NCBI GenBank assembly: GCA_041649715.1
Contig: JBAZMP010000001.1
Coordinates: 375,287 to 434,637 of the forward strand
Source of the DNA: Patescibacteria group bacterium
GTDB lineage: Bacteria > Patescibacteriota > Patescibacteriia > JAXHNJ01
Length of the DNA stretch: 59,351 bases
Reading direction: 5' to 3'
In this document: one piece after another, positions 1 to 10,643 of the stretch
Position numbering within the stretch: position 1 is the stretch's first letter
Layout of the letters: each line of letters begins with the position of its first letter
Translations under genes and position numbers: made by a program
The notes under the pieces: model-generated
What the model was told of the DNA's origin: nothing
The model's input: only the letters and a program-made list of their open reading frames with translations
Databases searched by the model: none

Positions 1-1
1 A

Positions 2-550
2 AGCGGTCTTCTTTTATTATACTTTCTGGAAACCAATATTTTTCGGCAAATATTGATAGTTTTTGTTTTTCTCCTGAACTGGCTGTTTTTTAAAAGCTAT
101 TACCAGGTTAAGCAGCTTGGGCAGGGGCCTAAAATTCTAACCGGTTTCCTTAATGCCTTGACGCTTTTTACCGCTTTCTTCTGCTTTTTGGATTTCTTCG
201 CCCTGAAGATTTTTTTGGATCTCAATATCTGGCTGCTGACTTTTTTGGTCGTCCCGGTCTCTTTTTTGCTTATTTGGCAGAATTTCCGATTGGAGGCGGC
301 TAAAAATCGTTTCCGCCCCGTTTATTACCTCGTCATCTTACTTATATTGACGGAAGTTTTTTTAGGCCTGACGTATTTTCCCACAAATTTTTTTGTGAAT
401 GGGCTATTCTTTACCGCTCTGTTTTATCTTTTATTCAACATCAGTCGCCTCCAAATCGTTGGACAGCTCACAAAAAAAATACTTTTTTCCTATCTCGCCT
501 TTGGGATTGGCCTGGCGATTATCGTTTTTTCCACGGCCCAGTGGATTTAA
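2..550 (+). CDS. polytopic membrane protein, 5'-partial (frame open to window start)
   Basis: The frame of ORF 53..550 has no stop back to nt 2. The translation is almost entirely hydrophobic helices. No family motif recognised. Confidence 0.55.
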   Translation, partial: SGLLLLYFLETNIFRQILIVFVFLLNWLFFKSYYQVKQLGQGPKILTGFLNALTLFTAFFCFLDFFALKIFLDLNIWLLTFLVVPVSFLLIWQNFRLEAAKNRFRPVYYLVILLILTEVFLGLTYFPTNFFVNGLFFTALFYLLFNISRLQIVGQLTKKILFSYLAFGIGLAIIVFSTAQWI

Positions 551-567
551 AAAATTAATATAAACAT

Positions 568-1812
568 ATGAAAGCCAAAATTCCGCCGACCTCGCCAAAA
601 TATAAAATACAGGAGCTGGAAAATCTCTACGCTCAGGATAATCTGAAAAAAATCGAAAAACCGCCGAAAAGATTATTCGGTTTGTTCTCCACTCTGATCT
701 TGGCCGTTGTTTTTGGTTTTTTGGCCGGATTTTGGGGCAAGGCCTTGTATGAATATTTGGCGCCTAAATACCCGGATTATTTTCCCGCGACTAATGTCAA
801 TAAGACCATAAATCCCGTCAGTACGACAGATAAGGTAAAAACCAATCTAAAATATCAGGAGCTCAGGCAAAATCTTACCCTGGAAACAGTGAATATTTTT
901 GATAAGAAGATAACAGCCGATGAGCCGTTGGCCGGCGTGTATTTGGCTTCTTCAATGAATGGCTCGGGGATAATAATTTCCAGTGACGGCTGGATCCTAA
1001 CGACCAAGGCGGTCGTTCCCGATTTTGCCAAAGAATATGTGATGGTGACCAAGGAGAAAAAAATCTACCCGATCCTTGATTTTAAGGCCGATCCCGCCAC
1101 CGATCTCGTCTTTATTAAAGTTGAGGCGCAGAACTTGAAGATCGCCGATTTTTCCGATGCGGCGGACATCTATCCGGGAGAAAATTCATTTGTCATAAAA
1201 AACTTTTTTCCGGGCGACCAGGAAGATTTTTTAAGCGTCGGCCTGAATAATTTATCCCAAAAGGATTTCGCCGGCGAAAATGATTTGATCAATTCTTCGG
1301 AACGATTGACCGGAAAAATATCGATTAGCCAGTTGCTTGACGATTCTTACGAGGGGAGTCCGCTTTTTGATGAAAATGGAAAAATCACCGGCTTAGCCTC
1401 AATTAAGGGAAAAAACGACAAAAATCAGTTTATTCCCTTAGCGAATTTGAAAAACATCATCAGTTCGTTGTTAAAGGAGGGCGAGGTCATCCGGCCATAT
1501 TTGGGGGTACGCTATCTTGATTTATCCGCCAGCCTGAATTTACCGGATGAATTACGGCAAGATCAAGATTGGGGCGCCATGCTTTACGGTCGGGAAGACC
1601 AGCCGGCGGTCGTAAAAGGCAGCCCGGCGGAAAAAGCCGGCCTCCTGGCCAATGACATTATTACCAAGGTTAACGATCGGGAGCTTAAAGACGGGACTGA
1701 TTTTTCCCGGATAATCCAGAATTTTGGGGTCGGGGAGACAATCAACCTTGAACTTATAAGAAAAGGAGCGGCCAAGACAGTGTCCGTGACCCTACAAAAA
1801 ATAAACAGTTAA
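568..1812 (+). CDS. HtrA/DegP-like trypsin-fold protein with C-terminal PDZ domain and N-terminal membrane anchor; catalytic residues appear substituted
   Basis: GSGIIISSDGWILTTKAVV resembles the HtrA GSG..I....G.I.TNxHVV block. DLVFIKV matches the Asp block. The PDZ-like segment is GSPAEKAGLLANDIITKVNDRELKD. The TM helix is LFSTLILAVVFGFLAGF. Confidence 0.8.
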   Translation: MKAKIPPTSPKYKIQELENLYAQDNLKKIEKPPKRLFGLFSTLILAVVFGFLAGFWGKALYEYLAPKYPDYFPATNVNKTINPVSTTDKVKTNLKYQELRQNLTLETVNIFDKKITADEPLAGVYLASSMNGSGIIISSDGWILTTKAVVPDFAKEYVMVTKEKKIYPILDFKADPATDLVFIKVEAQNLKIADFSDAADIYPGENSFVIKNFFPGDQEDFLSVGLNNLSQKDFAGENDLINSSERLTGKISISQLLDDSYEGSPLFDENGKITGLASIKGKNDKNQFIPLANLKNIISSLLKEGEVIRPYLGVRYLDLSASLNLPDELRQDQDWGAMLYGREDQPAVVKGSPAEKAGLLANDIITKVNDRELKDGTDFSRIIQNFGVGETINLELIRKGAAKTVSVTLQKINS

Positions 1813-1830
1813 TAAATAGGCAAAATAACG

Positions 1831-2271
1831 GTGGCGTATCTTAGTAAAACTATAAATAAACACCAGTTTTTGATCAGACAGTTTCTAAAATTCGCGGTGG
1901 TCGGTTCTTTAGGAACGTTGATTGATTTCGGCCTTTTGAATTTATTCGTCAAGGTTTTCCGCTTCGACGTTTATTTTTCCGCCACCCTGTCGTTTATCGC
2001 GGCCGTCATCAATAATTTTCTGTTAAATAAATACTGGACCTTTAAGATCGCCCAAGCTCAAGACGAGGGGAAGGGGCGCCGGCAGTTTGTTCAGTTCTCC
2101 CTGGTTAGCGTCATTGGCTTGGCCATAAATCTGTTGATCATGTACGTTTTAATCCAATATGCCAGCCTTTGGTATAACTGGGCTAAGGTAGCCGCTACGG
2201 TCGTCGTTTTGGTCTGGAATTTTTGGGCCAATAAACTCTGGACTTTCAAGGAAAAAACGTCCCAAGGGTAA
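1831..2271 (+). CDS. GtrA-family membrane protein
   Basis: GTG start. Four predicted TM helices with the twice-repeated GtrA hallmark NKYWTF / NKLWTF. It lies directly upstream of a GT2 gene. Confidence 0.85.
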   Translation: MAYLSKTINKHQFLIRQFLKFAVVGSLGTLIDFGLLNLFVKVFRFDVYFSATLSFIAAVINNFLLNKYWTFKIAQAQDEGKGRRQFVQFSLVSVIGLAINLLIMYVLIQYASLWYNWAKVAATVVVLVWNFWANKLWTFKEKTSQG

Positions 2272-2316
2272 TTTGCGAAATCCCGTATTTTTAGTTATAA
2301 TAAAATAACGTTTGCG

Positions 2317-3021
2317 ATGAAATTATCTCTTATTATCCCGGCCCATAACGAGGAAAGCCGGATCGGCCAGACCCTTAAAGAATATCTCAAATTTTTTGAT
2401 AAAGACACGGAAATAATCGTTGTCCTTAACGCTTGCCAGGATAGAACTTTAGCGGTGGTGGAAGACATAGCCCGTCATAGTCCGAATTTAATTTATACGG
2501 ATATTAAGGAAGCGATCGGCAAGGGGGGCGCGGTCAGAGAGGGCTTCAGGCAAGCGAGCGGGGATTTAATCGGTTTTGTGGACGCGGACGGAGCCACCTC
2601 GCCGGAAGAATTTGATAAATTAATCCAGGCGGTGGCAGACGGGGCGGACGGCGCCATCGCCTCACGCTATATCGCCGGCGCCAGAGCCAAAAGGACTTTT
2701 TTAAGGAATATTATCGGATTGACTTTCCATTTTATCCAGAAAGCACTCTTCTGGCTGCCGTACCGTGACACTCAGTGCGGGGCCAAGGTTTTCCGGAAAG
2801 AATTGATAAAAAGGATACGGCCCGAATTAAAAGTGAAAAATATGGTCTTTGATATCGAGATCCTAGCCAGGGCGAAAAAATACGGCTACAAAATAAAGGA
2901 AGTGCCGACCGTCTGGGAAGAAAAAGAAAGTTCCGCCCTGCTTGGTTCGCCCCTTAAGCTGTTCAGAAACAGTTTTAATATGTTTATAACCCTGATCAAA
3001 CTCCGCTTTAGATTTAAATAA
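2317..3021 (+). CDS. GT2 glycosyltransferase, polyprenyl-phosphate hexosyltransferase-like
   Basis: N-terminal LSLIIPAHNEE, a DADG motif (FVDADGAT) and QCGAKVF are typical of DPM1/GtrB-like GT2 enzymes. Confidence 0.85.
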   Translation: MKLSLIIPAHNEESRIGQTLKEYLKFFDKDTEIIVVLNACQDRTLAVVEDIARHSPNLIYTDIKEAIGKGGAVREGFRQASGDLIGFVDADGATSPEEFDKLIQAVADGADGAIASRYIAGARAKRTFLRNIIGLTFHFIQKALFWLPYRDTQCGAKVFRKELIKRIRPELKVKNMVFDIEILARAKKYGYKIKEVPTVWEEKESSALLGSPLKLFRNSFNMFITLIKLRFRFK

Positions 3022-3031
3022 TATTTAACAT

Positions 3032-4066
3032 ATGTCTAAAAAAGAAATTTTTGAAAAAAAGAATATTCTGATCACGGGCGGCGCCGGTTTTATCGGCAGC
3101 CACTTATGCGATCGGTTCATTAAGGGCAACCGCGTCATCTGTCTGGACAATTTTTTGACCAGCCAGGAGGAGAATATCAATCATCTGCTCGCCAATCCGG
3201 ATTTTGAATTTATCCGGCACGATCTTATCAAGCCGATAGACCTGGAAGCTTTGCCCGAGCTTAAAGACATGAAGATCAATGTCCAGGGGATTCAGGAAGT
3301 CTATCATTTGGCCTGCCCCGCTTCGCCCCGGGATTATAATAAATACCCCATTGAGACCTTGCTGGCCAGCGCTTATGCCACATATCATGCCCTGGAGATT
3401 GCCCGGAAATATCAGACCAAGTTCATGCTTTTTTCCTCCTCCACTATCTACGGAGAGGTTTTGGACCTGGAGAATATACACATCAACGAAAAATACTGGG
3501 GGTATGTCGATCCCGTCGGGGATAAAAGCTGCTATGACGAGGGCAAGCGTTTCGCGGAAAGCCTGACACGTAATTATCAGAAAAAATACCAGCTTGATGT
3601 TCGGATCGCCCGCGTCTGGAATACTTACGGTCCCCGGATGAGGTTGTATGACGGCCGGATGATCCCCGATCTGATCAGCCAGGCGATTTCAAACGAGCCG
3701 GTGAAGATTTACGGCGATATCGATAAGCTGACTTCCTTCTGTTACATAACCGATTTGATTGAAGGAATTGCCCGTTTGGCCAAGGGGAAAATTTTTGAGC
3801 CGGTTAACTTGGGAAATTCAGAGGGGGCTAAATTGAGAGAGGTCGCTTTAAAAATAATTGAACTGGCAGAATCTGGGTCAAAACTGGAAGTAGCTCCGGA
3901 AAAAGAAGGCGTCGGTTACGTGATTAAACAGAGCTTGCCGGATATCACTTTAGCCCGCGAAGCATTAGGCTGGTTTCCTTTGGTAAATCTCAATGACGGT
4001 CTAAAAAAAACCATTGAATACATGAAAGGCCTGAAAGCCGTCGATATACAGTCGCTAAAGATTTAA
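3032..4066 (+). CDS. UDP-glucuronate decarboxylase-like SDR (UDP-xylose synthase family)
   Basis: GGAGFIGSHLCD Rossmann motif, HLACPASP, CYDEGKRFAE (YxxxK) and ARVWNTYGPRM are all characteristic of the UXS/ArnA-decarboxylase type. Confidence 0.8.
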   Translation: MSKKEIFEKKNILITGGAGFIGSHLCDRFIKGNRVICLDNFLTSQEENINHLLANPDFEFIRHDLIKPIDLEALPELKDMKINVQGIQEVYHLACPASPRDYNKYPIETLLASAYATYHALEIARKYQTKFMLFSSSTIYGEVLDLENIHINEKYWGYVDPVGDKSCYDEGKRFAESLTRNYQKKYQLDVRIARVWNTYGPRMRLYDGRMIPDLISQAISNEPVKIYGDIDKLTSFCYITDLIEGIARLAKGKIFEPVNLGNSEGAKLREVALKIIELAESGSKLEVAPEKEGVGYVIKQSLPDITLAREALGWFPLVNLNDGLKKTIEYMKGLKAVDIQSLKI

Positions 4067-4099
4067 AATAATTATTAATAATTAAAAAAATAAAAAAAT

Positions 4100-5263
4100 A
4101 TGAGGAAGTATTTTTTTACCTCGGAATCCGTGACCGAAGGGCATCCGGACAAGATTTGCGATCAGATCGCCGACAGCATCCTGGACGCCATCTTGGCGAA
4201 AGATCCTTACGGCCGGGTCGCCTGTGAGACCTTGGTCGCCACCGGTTTGGTCATGGTGGCCGGTCAGATAACGACTAAGTGTTACGTGGATATCCCTAAA
4301 GTCGTCAGAAAAACGATCAAGGAAATCGGTTACGACAACCACGATTACGGTTTTCATTGGGAGGATTGCGGAGTTCTGGTTTCCATTGACGAGCAAAGCC
4401 CTGATATCGCCCAGGGCGTCAATAAAAAGAAACAGGGCGCCGGGGACCAGGGACTGATGTTCGGCTATGCCAGCAATGAGACTCCGGAATACATGCCCTT
4501 GCCGATCGTTTTGGCCCAAAAATTATGCCAACGTTTGGCCCTGTTAAGAAAGAACAAGACGCTTGAATACCTGGCGCCGGACGGGAAAAGCGAAGTCACG
4601 ATTGAATACGTGGACGGCCAGCCGAAAAGAGCGGAGACGATCGTGATCGCGTCCCAGCACCATAAGGATGTTTCTGAAAATCAACTGCGGCGGGATATTA
4701 TCAATAAAGTGATCAAGCCCGTTTGCGGCCTTTATCTTGACCGCCGAACCAAAATATTCGTTAATGCCACCGGTAAATTCGTCAAAGGCGGTCCGCCGGC
4801 CGATACCGGCGTGACCGGACGCAAGATTATCGTGGATACCTACGGCGGCGCCGGCCGGCACGGGGGAGGCTGTTTTTCCGGCAAAGACCCTTCCAAAGTG
4901 GACCGCAGCGCTTCCTATATGGCCCGCTATGTCGCCAAAAACGTGGTCGCCGCCGGTTTGGCCGATAAATGCGAGGTACAGCTGGCTTATGTCATCGGTT
5001 ATTACCAGCCGATCAGCGTTTATGTGGATACTTTCGGCACGGGAAAGATACCCGAAACCAAGATAGAAAAATTGATCCGTAAAAACTTTGACCTTTCTCC
5101 CGCCGGTATTATAAAGAAACTGAATTTAAGGCGCCCGATTTACCATAAAACCGCGGCTTACGGCCATTTCGGCCGGTCGGACAAGGATTTTACCTGGGAG
5201 AAAACGGATATGATAAATATACTGAAAAAAGAGGCAGGGATATTAAGATCATCGGTTAAATAA
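4100..5263 (+). CDS. metK: S-adenosylmethionine synthetase
   Basis: [51 protein letters not shown] and [16 protein letters not shown] are canonical MetK motifs. Confidence 0.97.
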   Translation: MRKYFFTSESVTEGHPDKICDQIADSILDAILAKDPYGRVACETLVATGLVMVAGQITTKCYVDIPKVVRKTIKEIGYDNHDYGFHWEDCGVLVSIDEQSPDIAQGVNKKKQGAGDQGLMFGYASNETPEYMPLPIVLAQKLCQRLALLRKNKTLEYLAPDGKSEVTIEYVDGQPKRAETIVIASQHHKDVSENQLRRDIINKVIKPVCGLYLDRRTKIFVNATGKFVKGGPPADTGVTGRKIIVDTYGGAGRHGGGCFSGKDPSKVDRSASYMARYVAKNVVAAGLADKCEVQLAYVIGYYQPISVYVDTFGTGKIPETKIEKLIRKNFDLSPAGIIKKLNLRRPIYHKTAAYGHFGRSDKDFTWEKTDMINILKKEAGILRSSVK

Positions 5264-5264
5264 T

Positions 5265-6572
5265 ATGAAAAAAAACAGCAAGAAATCTGACAAATTATTG
5301 AACAAAGGTACCGTGGCGGTGATCGGTCTGGGTTATGTCGGTCTTCCCTTGGCCTGTCTGGCTTCAGAGAAAGGATATCGGGTTATCGGTCTGGCGCGCG
5401 ATCCAAAGAAAATAGACCTGATCAATAAAAAAATCAGCCCGATCAAAGAAAACAAACTGGATGTTTGGCTGAAAAAAGTTGAGATTGAAGCCACGACCGA
5501 CCCTCGTCTTTTGAAAAAAGCCAAGGTCATTATTATTTGCGTTCCTACGCCGGTTGATCATTTATATAACCCCGATTTGACGCCGGTAATAGACGCTTCA
5601 ACCATGGCCGCAAAGTCACTCAGGCGGGGCCAGCTGATTATTCTAGAATCAACCGTGAACCCCGGGGTTTGCGAAGAAGTAGTGTTGCCTATTTTGGAAA
5701 AATCCGGTCTTAAGGCGGGCAAGGGATTCTTCCTCGCTCATTGTCCCGAGAGGATCAACCCAGGCGACAAGAAATGGTATGTCCGTAATATTCCGCGGGT
5801 CGTCGGCGGCTATTCGGAGAAATGCCTCAAGAAAGCCGTTGATTTTTACCGCTCAATTTTAGAAAGTGAGGTCAGGCCGATGAAATCCCTGAAGGAGGCA
5901 GAAGCAACGAAAATCATGGAAAATTCGTTCCGCGACGTAAATATCGCTTTTGTCAATGAGATCGCCCAGTCTTTTGACAAGCTCGGCATTGATGTTATGG
6001 ACGTAATCGAGGGGGCGAAGACCAAGCCCTTTTCTTTTTTGGCCCATTATCCTTCTTGCGGGATTGGCGGGCACTGTATCCCGGTGGATCCCTATTATTT
6101 GATTGAACGGGCAAAAAAAGAGGGCTTCGACCATAAATTTCTGAAATTGGCCCGCGAGATCAACAATGCCATGCCGAAGTTTACGGTTAACCAGCTGATG
6201 CTGGCCTTGAATTTTTTGGGCCATTCCGTAAAAGGAACAAAAATAGGCCTCTTGGGTGTGGCCTATAAGGCCAATGTGGCCGACATTCGTGAAAGCCCGT
6301 TTTTTGTGATCAAAAAACTTCTTAAACCTATGGAGCCGATCCTGGAGATTTATGATCCCTATCTTAAATCTTACTCCACAAAAGAAAGCTTGGATGAAAC
6401 GCTGAAAGGAAGCGAGGCGATTATTATCATCACCGATCACCGTGAATTTAAGGAAATGGATCTAAAAAAATTAAAGAAATTCGGCGTAAAAGTCGTTATT
6501 GACGGAAAAAATTGCCTGGATAAGGAAAAAATATTGAAAATGGGGATCATCTACAAGGGGATTGGGCGTTAA
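5265..6572 (+). CDS. nucleotide-sugar 6-dehydrogenase (WecC/WbpA/TviB-like N-acetylhexosamine type)
   Basis: VAVIGLGYVGLPLA Rossmann motif. The catalytic-Cys block GGHCIPVDPYYL has the GGHCI form typical of UDP-HexNAc dehydrogenases, rather than the GGSCFPKD form of Ugd. Confidence 0.85.
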   Translation: MKKNSKKSDKLLNKGTVAVIGLGYVGLPLACLASEKGYRVIGLARDPKKIDLINKKISPIKENKLDVWLKKVEIEATTDPRLLKKAKVIIICVPTPVDHLYNPDLTPVIDASTMAAKSLRRGQLIILESTVNPGVCEEVVLPILEKSGLKAGKGFFLAHCPERINPGDKKWYVRNIPRVVGGYSEKCLKKAVDFYRSILESEVRPMKSLKEAEATKIMENSFRDVNIAFVNEIAQSFDKLGIDVMDVIEGAKTKPFSFLAHYPSCGIGGHCIPVDPYYLIERAKKEGFDHKFLKLAREINNAMPKFTVNQLMLALNFLGHSVKGTKIGLLGVAYKANVADIRESPFFVIKKLLKPMEPILEIYDPYLKSYSTKESLDETLKGSEAIIIITDHREFKEMDLKKLKKFGVKVVIDGKNCLDKEKILKMGIIYKGIGR

Positions 6573-6596
6573 TTATCCAAATATCAATATCTATAT

Positions 6597-7259
6597 ATGA
6601 AAGATATTATTGTAATACCGGCCTACAATGAAAAACAAAGAATAAGGGATGTTTTGAGTAAATCGGTTGCCTTTGCCGACAAAATTATTGTCGTTGATGA
6701 CGGCTCGACTGATAAAACGGAAAATTACGCCGGCGGCATTAGCGAAAAAATCATTATTGTCCGGCATAAGGTTAATCTCGGCAAGGGAGCGGCTATGAAA
6801 ACCGGCTGTCAGGCTGCCCTGCGCCTGGGAGCGGACAGGATAATTTTAATGGATGCCGACGGTCAGCACCAGCCAGAAGATATACCCAGATTTTTTCAAA
6901 AAATGGAGGAAGGTAATCTCGATGTTGTTTTCGGCTCAAGAGCAATCGGCAAAAATATGCCCTTCGCCATGACGATCGGCAACAAATTTTTATCAGCCGC
7001 CTCTTCAATTCTTTTTGGCGTATACATTTCAGATACGCAAAGCGGGTTTCGGGTTTTTCGCGCCCGGGTCTACCCAAAGCTTGCCTGGAATTCAGTCCGT
7101 TACTCGGTAGAAACAGAGATGATCGCCAATATCGGCAAGTATCATTTGAAATTCGGGGAAATAAAAATCAAGACGATATATCACGATCGATACAAGGGGA
7201 CGACTGTCTTTGACGGCCTACGCATATTTATTAATATGTTAATTTGGAAAATAATATGA
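6597..7259 (+). CDS. GT2 glycosyltransferase
   Basis: IIVIPAYNE, VVDDGSTDKT, MDADGQH and SGFRVF are standard GT2 (GT-A, DxD) blocks. Confidence 0.85.
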   Translation: MKDIIVIPAYNEKQRIRDVLSKSVAFADKIIVVDDGSTDKTENYAGGISEKIIIVRHKVNLGKGAAMKTGCQAALRLGADRIILMDADGQHQPEDIPRFFQKMEEGNLDVVFGSRAIGKNMPFAMTIGNKFLSAASSILFGVYISDTQSGFRVFRARVYPKLAWNSVRYSVETEMIANIGKYHLKFGEIKIKTIYHDRYKGTTVFDGLRIFINMLIWKII

Positions 7260-7603
7260 TCGGCATACAAATTATCGCGATTCTTTTTGCTCTCTGGATG
7301 ATTTATTTCAGCTACCTGCATTTCAGGCGCGGCGAGTTTAAAAAGATTGAATTTTTCTTTTGGCAGATCCTTTGGATCGGACTCGTCACGGTGGTGATTT
7401 TCCCCCGCAGTGTAAATTTTGTCTTGAGGACTTTCAGTATTTCAAGGACATTTGACCTAGTAGTAATTGTCGGCATTATTGTGCTGTTCGGAGTATCTTT
7501 TCGCAGTTATGTCATTATTAAACGAGTAGAGAAAAAGGTGGAAAATTTTGTCCGTGACCAGGCCCTGGAAGACATTGATAAGGAAAAAACAGAACTTAAA
7601 TGA
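7256..7603 (+). CDS. small membrane protein, DUF2304-like GT2 partner
   Basis: ATGA overlap with the GT2 stop. About 115 aa with three or four TM helices, as seen in the small membrane proteins that commonly follow this GT2 type. The ORF track starts at 7244, and I prefer the ATG at 7256. Confidence 0.6.
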   Translation: MIGIQIIAILFALWMIYFSYLHFRRGEFKKIEFFFWQILWIGLVTVVIFPRSVNFVLRTFSISRTFDLVVIVGIIVLFGVSFRSYVIIKRVEKKVENFVRDQALEDIDKEKTELK

Positions 7604-8709
7604 AACTATTATTGATCGCTCCATATTTTTTTGAAGAGCATCGCTGGATGATAAGCGCTTATAAAACCGCTCTCAATCTTTCCCAAAAAATTAAAGTTGT
7701 GGTTTTAACGGTCGGTGAGCCCTCATTTGAAATTATTAACCAGAATTTATCCGTCTATAGAATGAGGGATTTTTTTATACCTGATCCGGTAAACTATAGT
7801 ATTGTCCCGGGTCTTTTATGGTCATTAAAAAAAGTAGTTAAAAGGGAAAAACCCGATGTTTTTATGGTAAACAAGCATATGTTTTTTACCTCCTTTTCCA
7901 TTCTTTTTTTACGCCTGATGGGTAAAAGGGTGATAACCGCCATTGATACTTTCCCCGGAATGAACTGGCAGCCCAAGAATAGATTTGTCAGAGTGGTTAT
8001 GAGGATATACGCCCGCTTGATTGGTCTGCCCTTGCTGAAGATCTCAAACAAAGTGGTTTTATACCATGAGGGATTAGTCGATCTGGCGAAAAGGCATAAA
8101 TTAAACTACGCGGTTATTCATAATGGAGTAGATTTGGCATTGATTAATCGTGCTCAGCCCAGCCGGGAGATAATAAGAGAAAAAGATACCGTAAATGTTT
8201 GTTATATCGGGCGCTTGGAATCAATTAAGGGATATTATGATTACTTAGCCGCGGCAAAGATGGTTATCGGGGAGAGGGCGAGCGCAAATTTTTACTTTAT
8301 CGGCAGTTATAAAAATAAGGAACAATACGTCAAAAAGCATTCTTCAAAAAACATTATTTTTCTGGGTCACCGGGATGATATATATTCACTTCTAAAATCA
8401 ATGGATATTTTTGTCCTGCCTTCTTATTCCGAAGGTTTGCCAAACGCCTTAATGGAGGCCATGGCTTCTGGTTTACCTTCCGTGGCCTCAGAAGTTGGCG
8501 GAGTAAAAATATTGATCAGGGAGGGTGAGAACGGTTTTTTATTTAAGCCAGGCGATCAGAAAGAACTAGCGGAAAAGCTTAAGAAGCTGATAAATAACGC
8601 CGGTCTCAGGCAAAAATTCGGGCAAAAAGCTAAAGAGAAAATTGAAAGAGATTTTAACTGGCGGATAATTACGGGGCAATATTTAACTCTATTTAATAAT
8701 TATATATAA
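7600..8709 (+). CDS. GT4 glycosyltransferase (GT-B)
   Basis: ATGA overlap with the upstream stop. C-terminal block FVLPSYSEGLPNALMEAMASGLPSVASEVGG...GENGFL is the EX7E-type GT4 signature. Confidence 0.9.
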   Translation: MKLLLIAPYFFEEHRWMISAYKTALNLSQKIKVVVLTVGEPSFEIINQNLSVYRMRDFFIPDPVNYSIVPGLLWSLKKVVKREKPDVFMVNKHMFFTSFSILFLRLMGKRVITAIDTFPGMNWQPKNRFVRVVMRIYARLIGLPLLKISNKVVLYHEGLVDLAKRHKLNYAVIHNGVDLALINRAQPSREIIREKDTVNVCYIGRLESIKGYYDYLAAAKMVIGERASANFYFIGSYKNKEQYVKKHSSKNIIFLGHRDDIYSLLKSMDIFVLPSYSEGLPNALMEAMASGLPSVASEVGGVKILIREGENGFLFKPGDQKELAEKLKKLINNAGLRQKFGQKAKEKIERDFNWRIITGQYLTLFNNYI

Positions 8710-10593
8710 ATGTGCGGAATTGTCGGGCAATTTAATTTTTTAGGTGATAAACCTGTCGATCGGACGGTCATTATAAAAATGGCTTCTTTTTTGGCACACC
8801 GTGGGCCGGATGACGAGGGTTTATATTTGGGGAATAATATCGGTTTAGGCCATCGGCGTCTCTCCATTATTGATTTATCGGAGGCCGGACACCAGCCTAT
8901 GTTTAGTTCCGATAAATCACTAGTGATTGTTTATAATGGGGAAATATATAATTTTCTCGCTCTAAAAAAGGATCTTGAAGTCAAGGGCTACCAATTTAAA
9001 TCTAGCGCCGATACAGAGGTTATTCTTTGTCTTTATAAGGAGTATGGGGCGGATTGTCTCAAATATCTGCGGGGCATGTTCTCGTTCGCTATTTGGGATA
9101 TAAAAAAAGAAGAATTATTCTGTGCCCGGGACCGTTTGGGCAAGAAACCATTCCTATATTACAATGACGGAAAAAGGTTCGTTTTCTCTTCGGAGATGAA
9201 ATCGTTATTGGCTGATAGCAGTATTCCTAGAAAAATAAATTTTAAATCAATTGACACCTATTTATCTCTGCAGTATATTCCTGCCCCTGAGACGATTTTC
9301 CAGGGAATAAAAAAACTGCCAGCCGCTCATTATCTTATTGCGGATAAAAATGGTTTAAGGGTAAAAAAATATTGGGACCTTGATTATCGTGAAAAACTGA
9401 AATTGAGCGACGAGGAATGGGCGAATAGGATCCGGGCCAAATTAAAGGAAGCAGTAAAACTCCGTTTAATCAGCGATGTTCCCTTAGGCGCATTTTTAAG
9501 CGGGGGAGTCGATTCCAGCATTATCGTCAGCCAGATGGCTGAAATAATCGGGAAGCCGATCGACACTTTTACGATCGGCTTTGATTTTGAAGAATTCAAC
9601 GAAATGCCGTTGGCGAGTGAAACGGCCAGACTTAATAAAACAAATCATCATCCGATCAAGGTTACTCCGGACGCCATTGATATATTGCCTAAACTGGTGG
9701 CTCATTACGGGGAGCCTTACGCTGATTCTTCCGCCCTCCCTTCATATTATGTGGCCAGGGAGACCCATAAATATGTGACCGTGGCTTTGAACGGCGACGG
9801 AGGCGACGAAAACTTTCTGGGTTATCCGTGGTATAAAATCCAAAAGATTGCGCATTTGTATGCCAATTTTCCTTTGTTTATCCGCCAAAAGATGATAAAA
9901 AATATTCTGGAAAAAGTTTACCGGGACAAATCCACATTTCAAAGGCGCTTGAATATATTCCTGAAGACTCACTCGCTCCCCCCCGATCAGCGCTATCCTT
10001 ATTATGTTACTTCAAGCTTTTTCACAAACTGGGAAAAGGAAAATCTTTATTCGGAAAGCTTTAAAAAAGAATTAAACGGCAATAATGCATATGAGCGTTT
10101 AAGCTATTTTTACCGTCAGTCATTGGCCAATCATCCCTTAGACAAAGCTAATTACACCGACATTCATACTTATTTGCCGGATGACCTTTTACCCAAAGTG
10201 GATATCGCCCTGATGATGAACGGGCTTGAAGGGCGTTCCCCCTTCCTTGACCACGAGTTCATGGAATTAACTGCCCGGATTCCCAGCCATAAAAAACTGC
10301 GTTTTTTAACAAGTAAATATATCCTGAAAAAGGCCTTTAAGGACAAAATACCGGCGCCGGTCTTGTCCGGCAAAAAGAAAGGTTTTATGGTTCCTCTTGA
10401 TGATTGGTTCAGGAACAATTTGCGGGAATATGCGCGCGAAATCCTTCTGGATAAACTTAGCTTGAGTCGTGGGTACTTTGCCCGAAATCAGGTGGAAAAC
10501 TTGTTAAAAGAGCATTTTTCGGGTAAAATTAAGCACGGCAGCCGCATCTGGGCCCTTTTGTTTTTAGAGCTTTGGCATCGGGAATTCTGCTAG
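8710..10593 (+). CDS. asparagine synthase-like glutamine amidotransferase (AsnB/WbpS type)
   Basis: MCGIVG N-terminal nucleophile, and an SGGVDSS ATP-pyrophosphatase loop in FLSGGVDSSII. Its position in a glycan locus suggests a sugar-carboxylate amidotransferase. Confidence 0.9.
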   Translation: MCGIVGQFNFLGDKPVDRTVIIKMASFLAHRGPDDEGLYLGNNIGLGHRRLSIIDLSEAGHQPMFSSDKSLVIVYNGEIYNFLALKKDLEVKGYQFKSSADTEVILCLYKEYGADCLKYLRGMFSFAIWDIKKEELFCARDRLGKKPFLYYNDGKRFVFSSEMKSLLADSSIPRKINFKSIDTYLSLQYIPAPETIFQGIKKLPAAHYLIADKNGLRVKKYWDLDYREKLKLSDEEWANRIRAKLKEAVKLRLISDVPLGAFLSGGVDSSIIVSQMAEIIGKPIDTFTIGFDFEEFNEMPLASETARLNKTNHHPIKVTPDAIDILPKLVAHYGEPYADSSALPSYYVARETHKYVTVALNGDGGDENFLGYPWYKIQKIAHLYANFPLFIRQKMIKNILEKVYRDKSTFQRRLNIFLKTHSLPPDQRYPYYVTSSFFTNWEKENLYSESFKKELNGNNAYERLSYFYRQSLANHPLDKANYTDIHTYLPDDLLPKVDIALMMNGLEGRSPFLDHEFMELTARIPSHKKLRFLTSKYILKKAFKDKIPAPVLSGKKKGFMVPLDDWFRNNLREYAREILLDKLSLSRGYFARNQVENLLKEHFSGKIKHGSRIWALLFLELWHREFC

Positions 10594-10643
10594 TTATTAT
10601 TTTAAAAAAATTGAATATTATATTAATATTTTTTTAAAAATAC

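Noticed and set aside
4067-4099. SAM riboswitch upstream of metK
   Set aside because: The spacer is only 33 nt and almost pure A/T, which is far too short for any SAM-binding aptamer.
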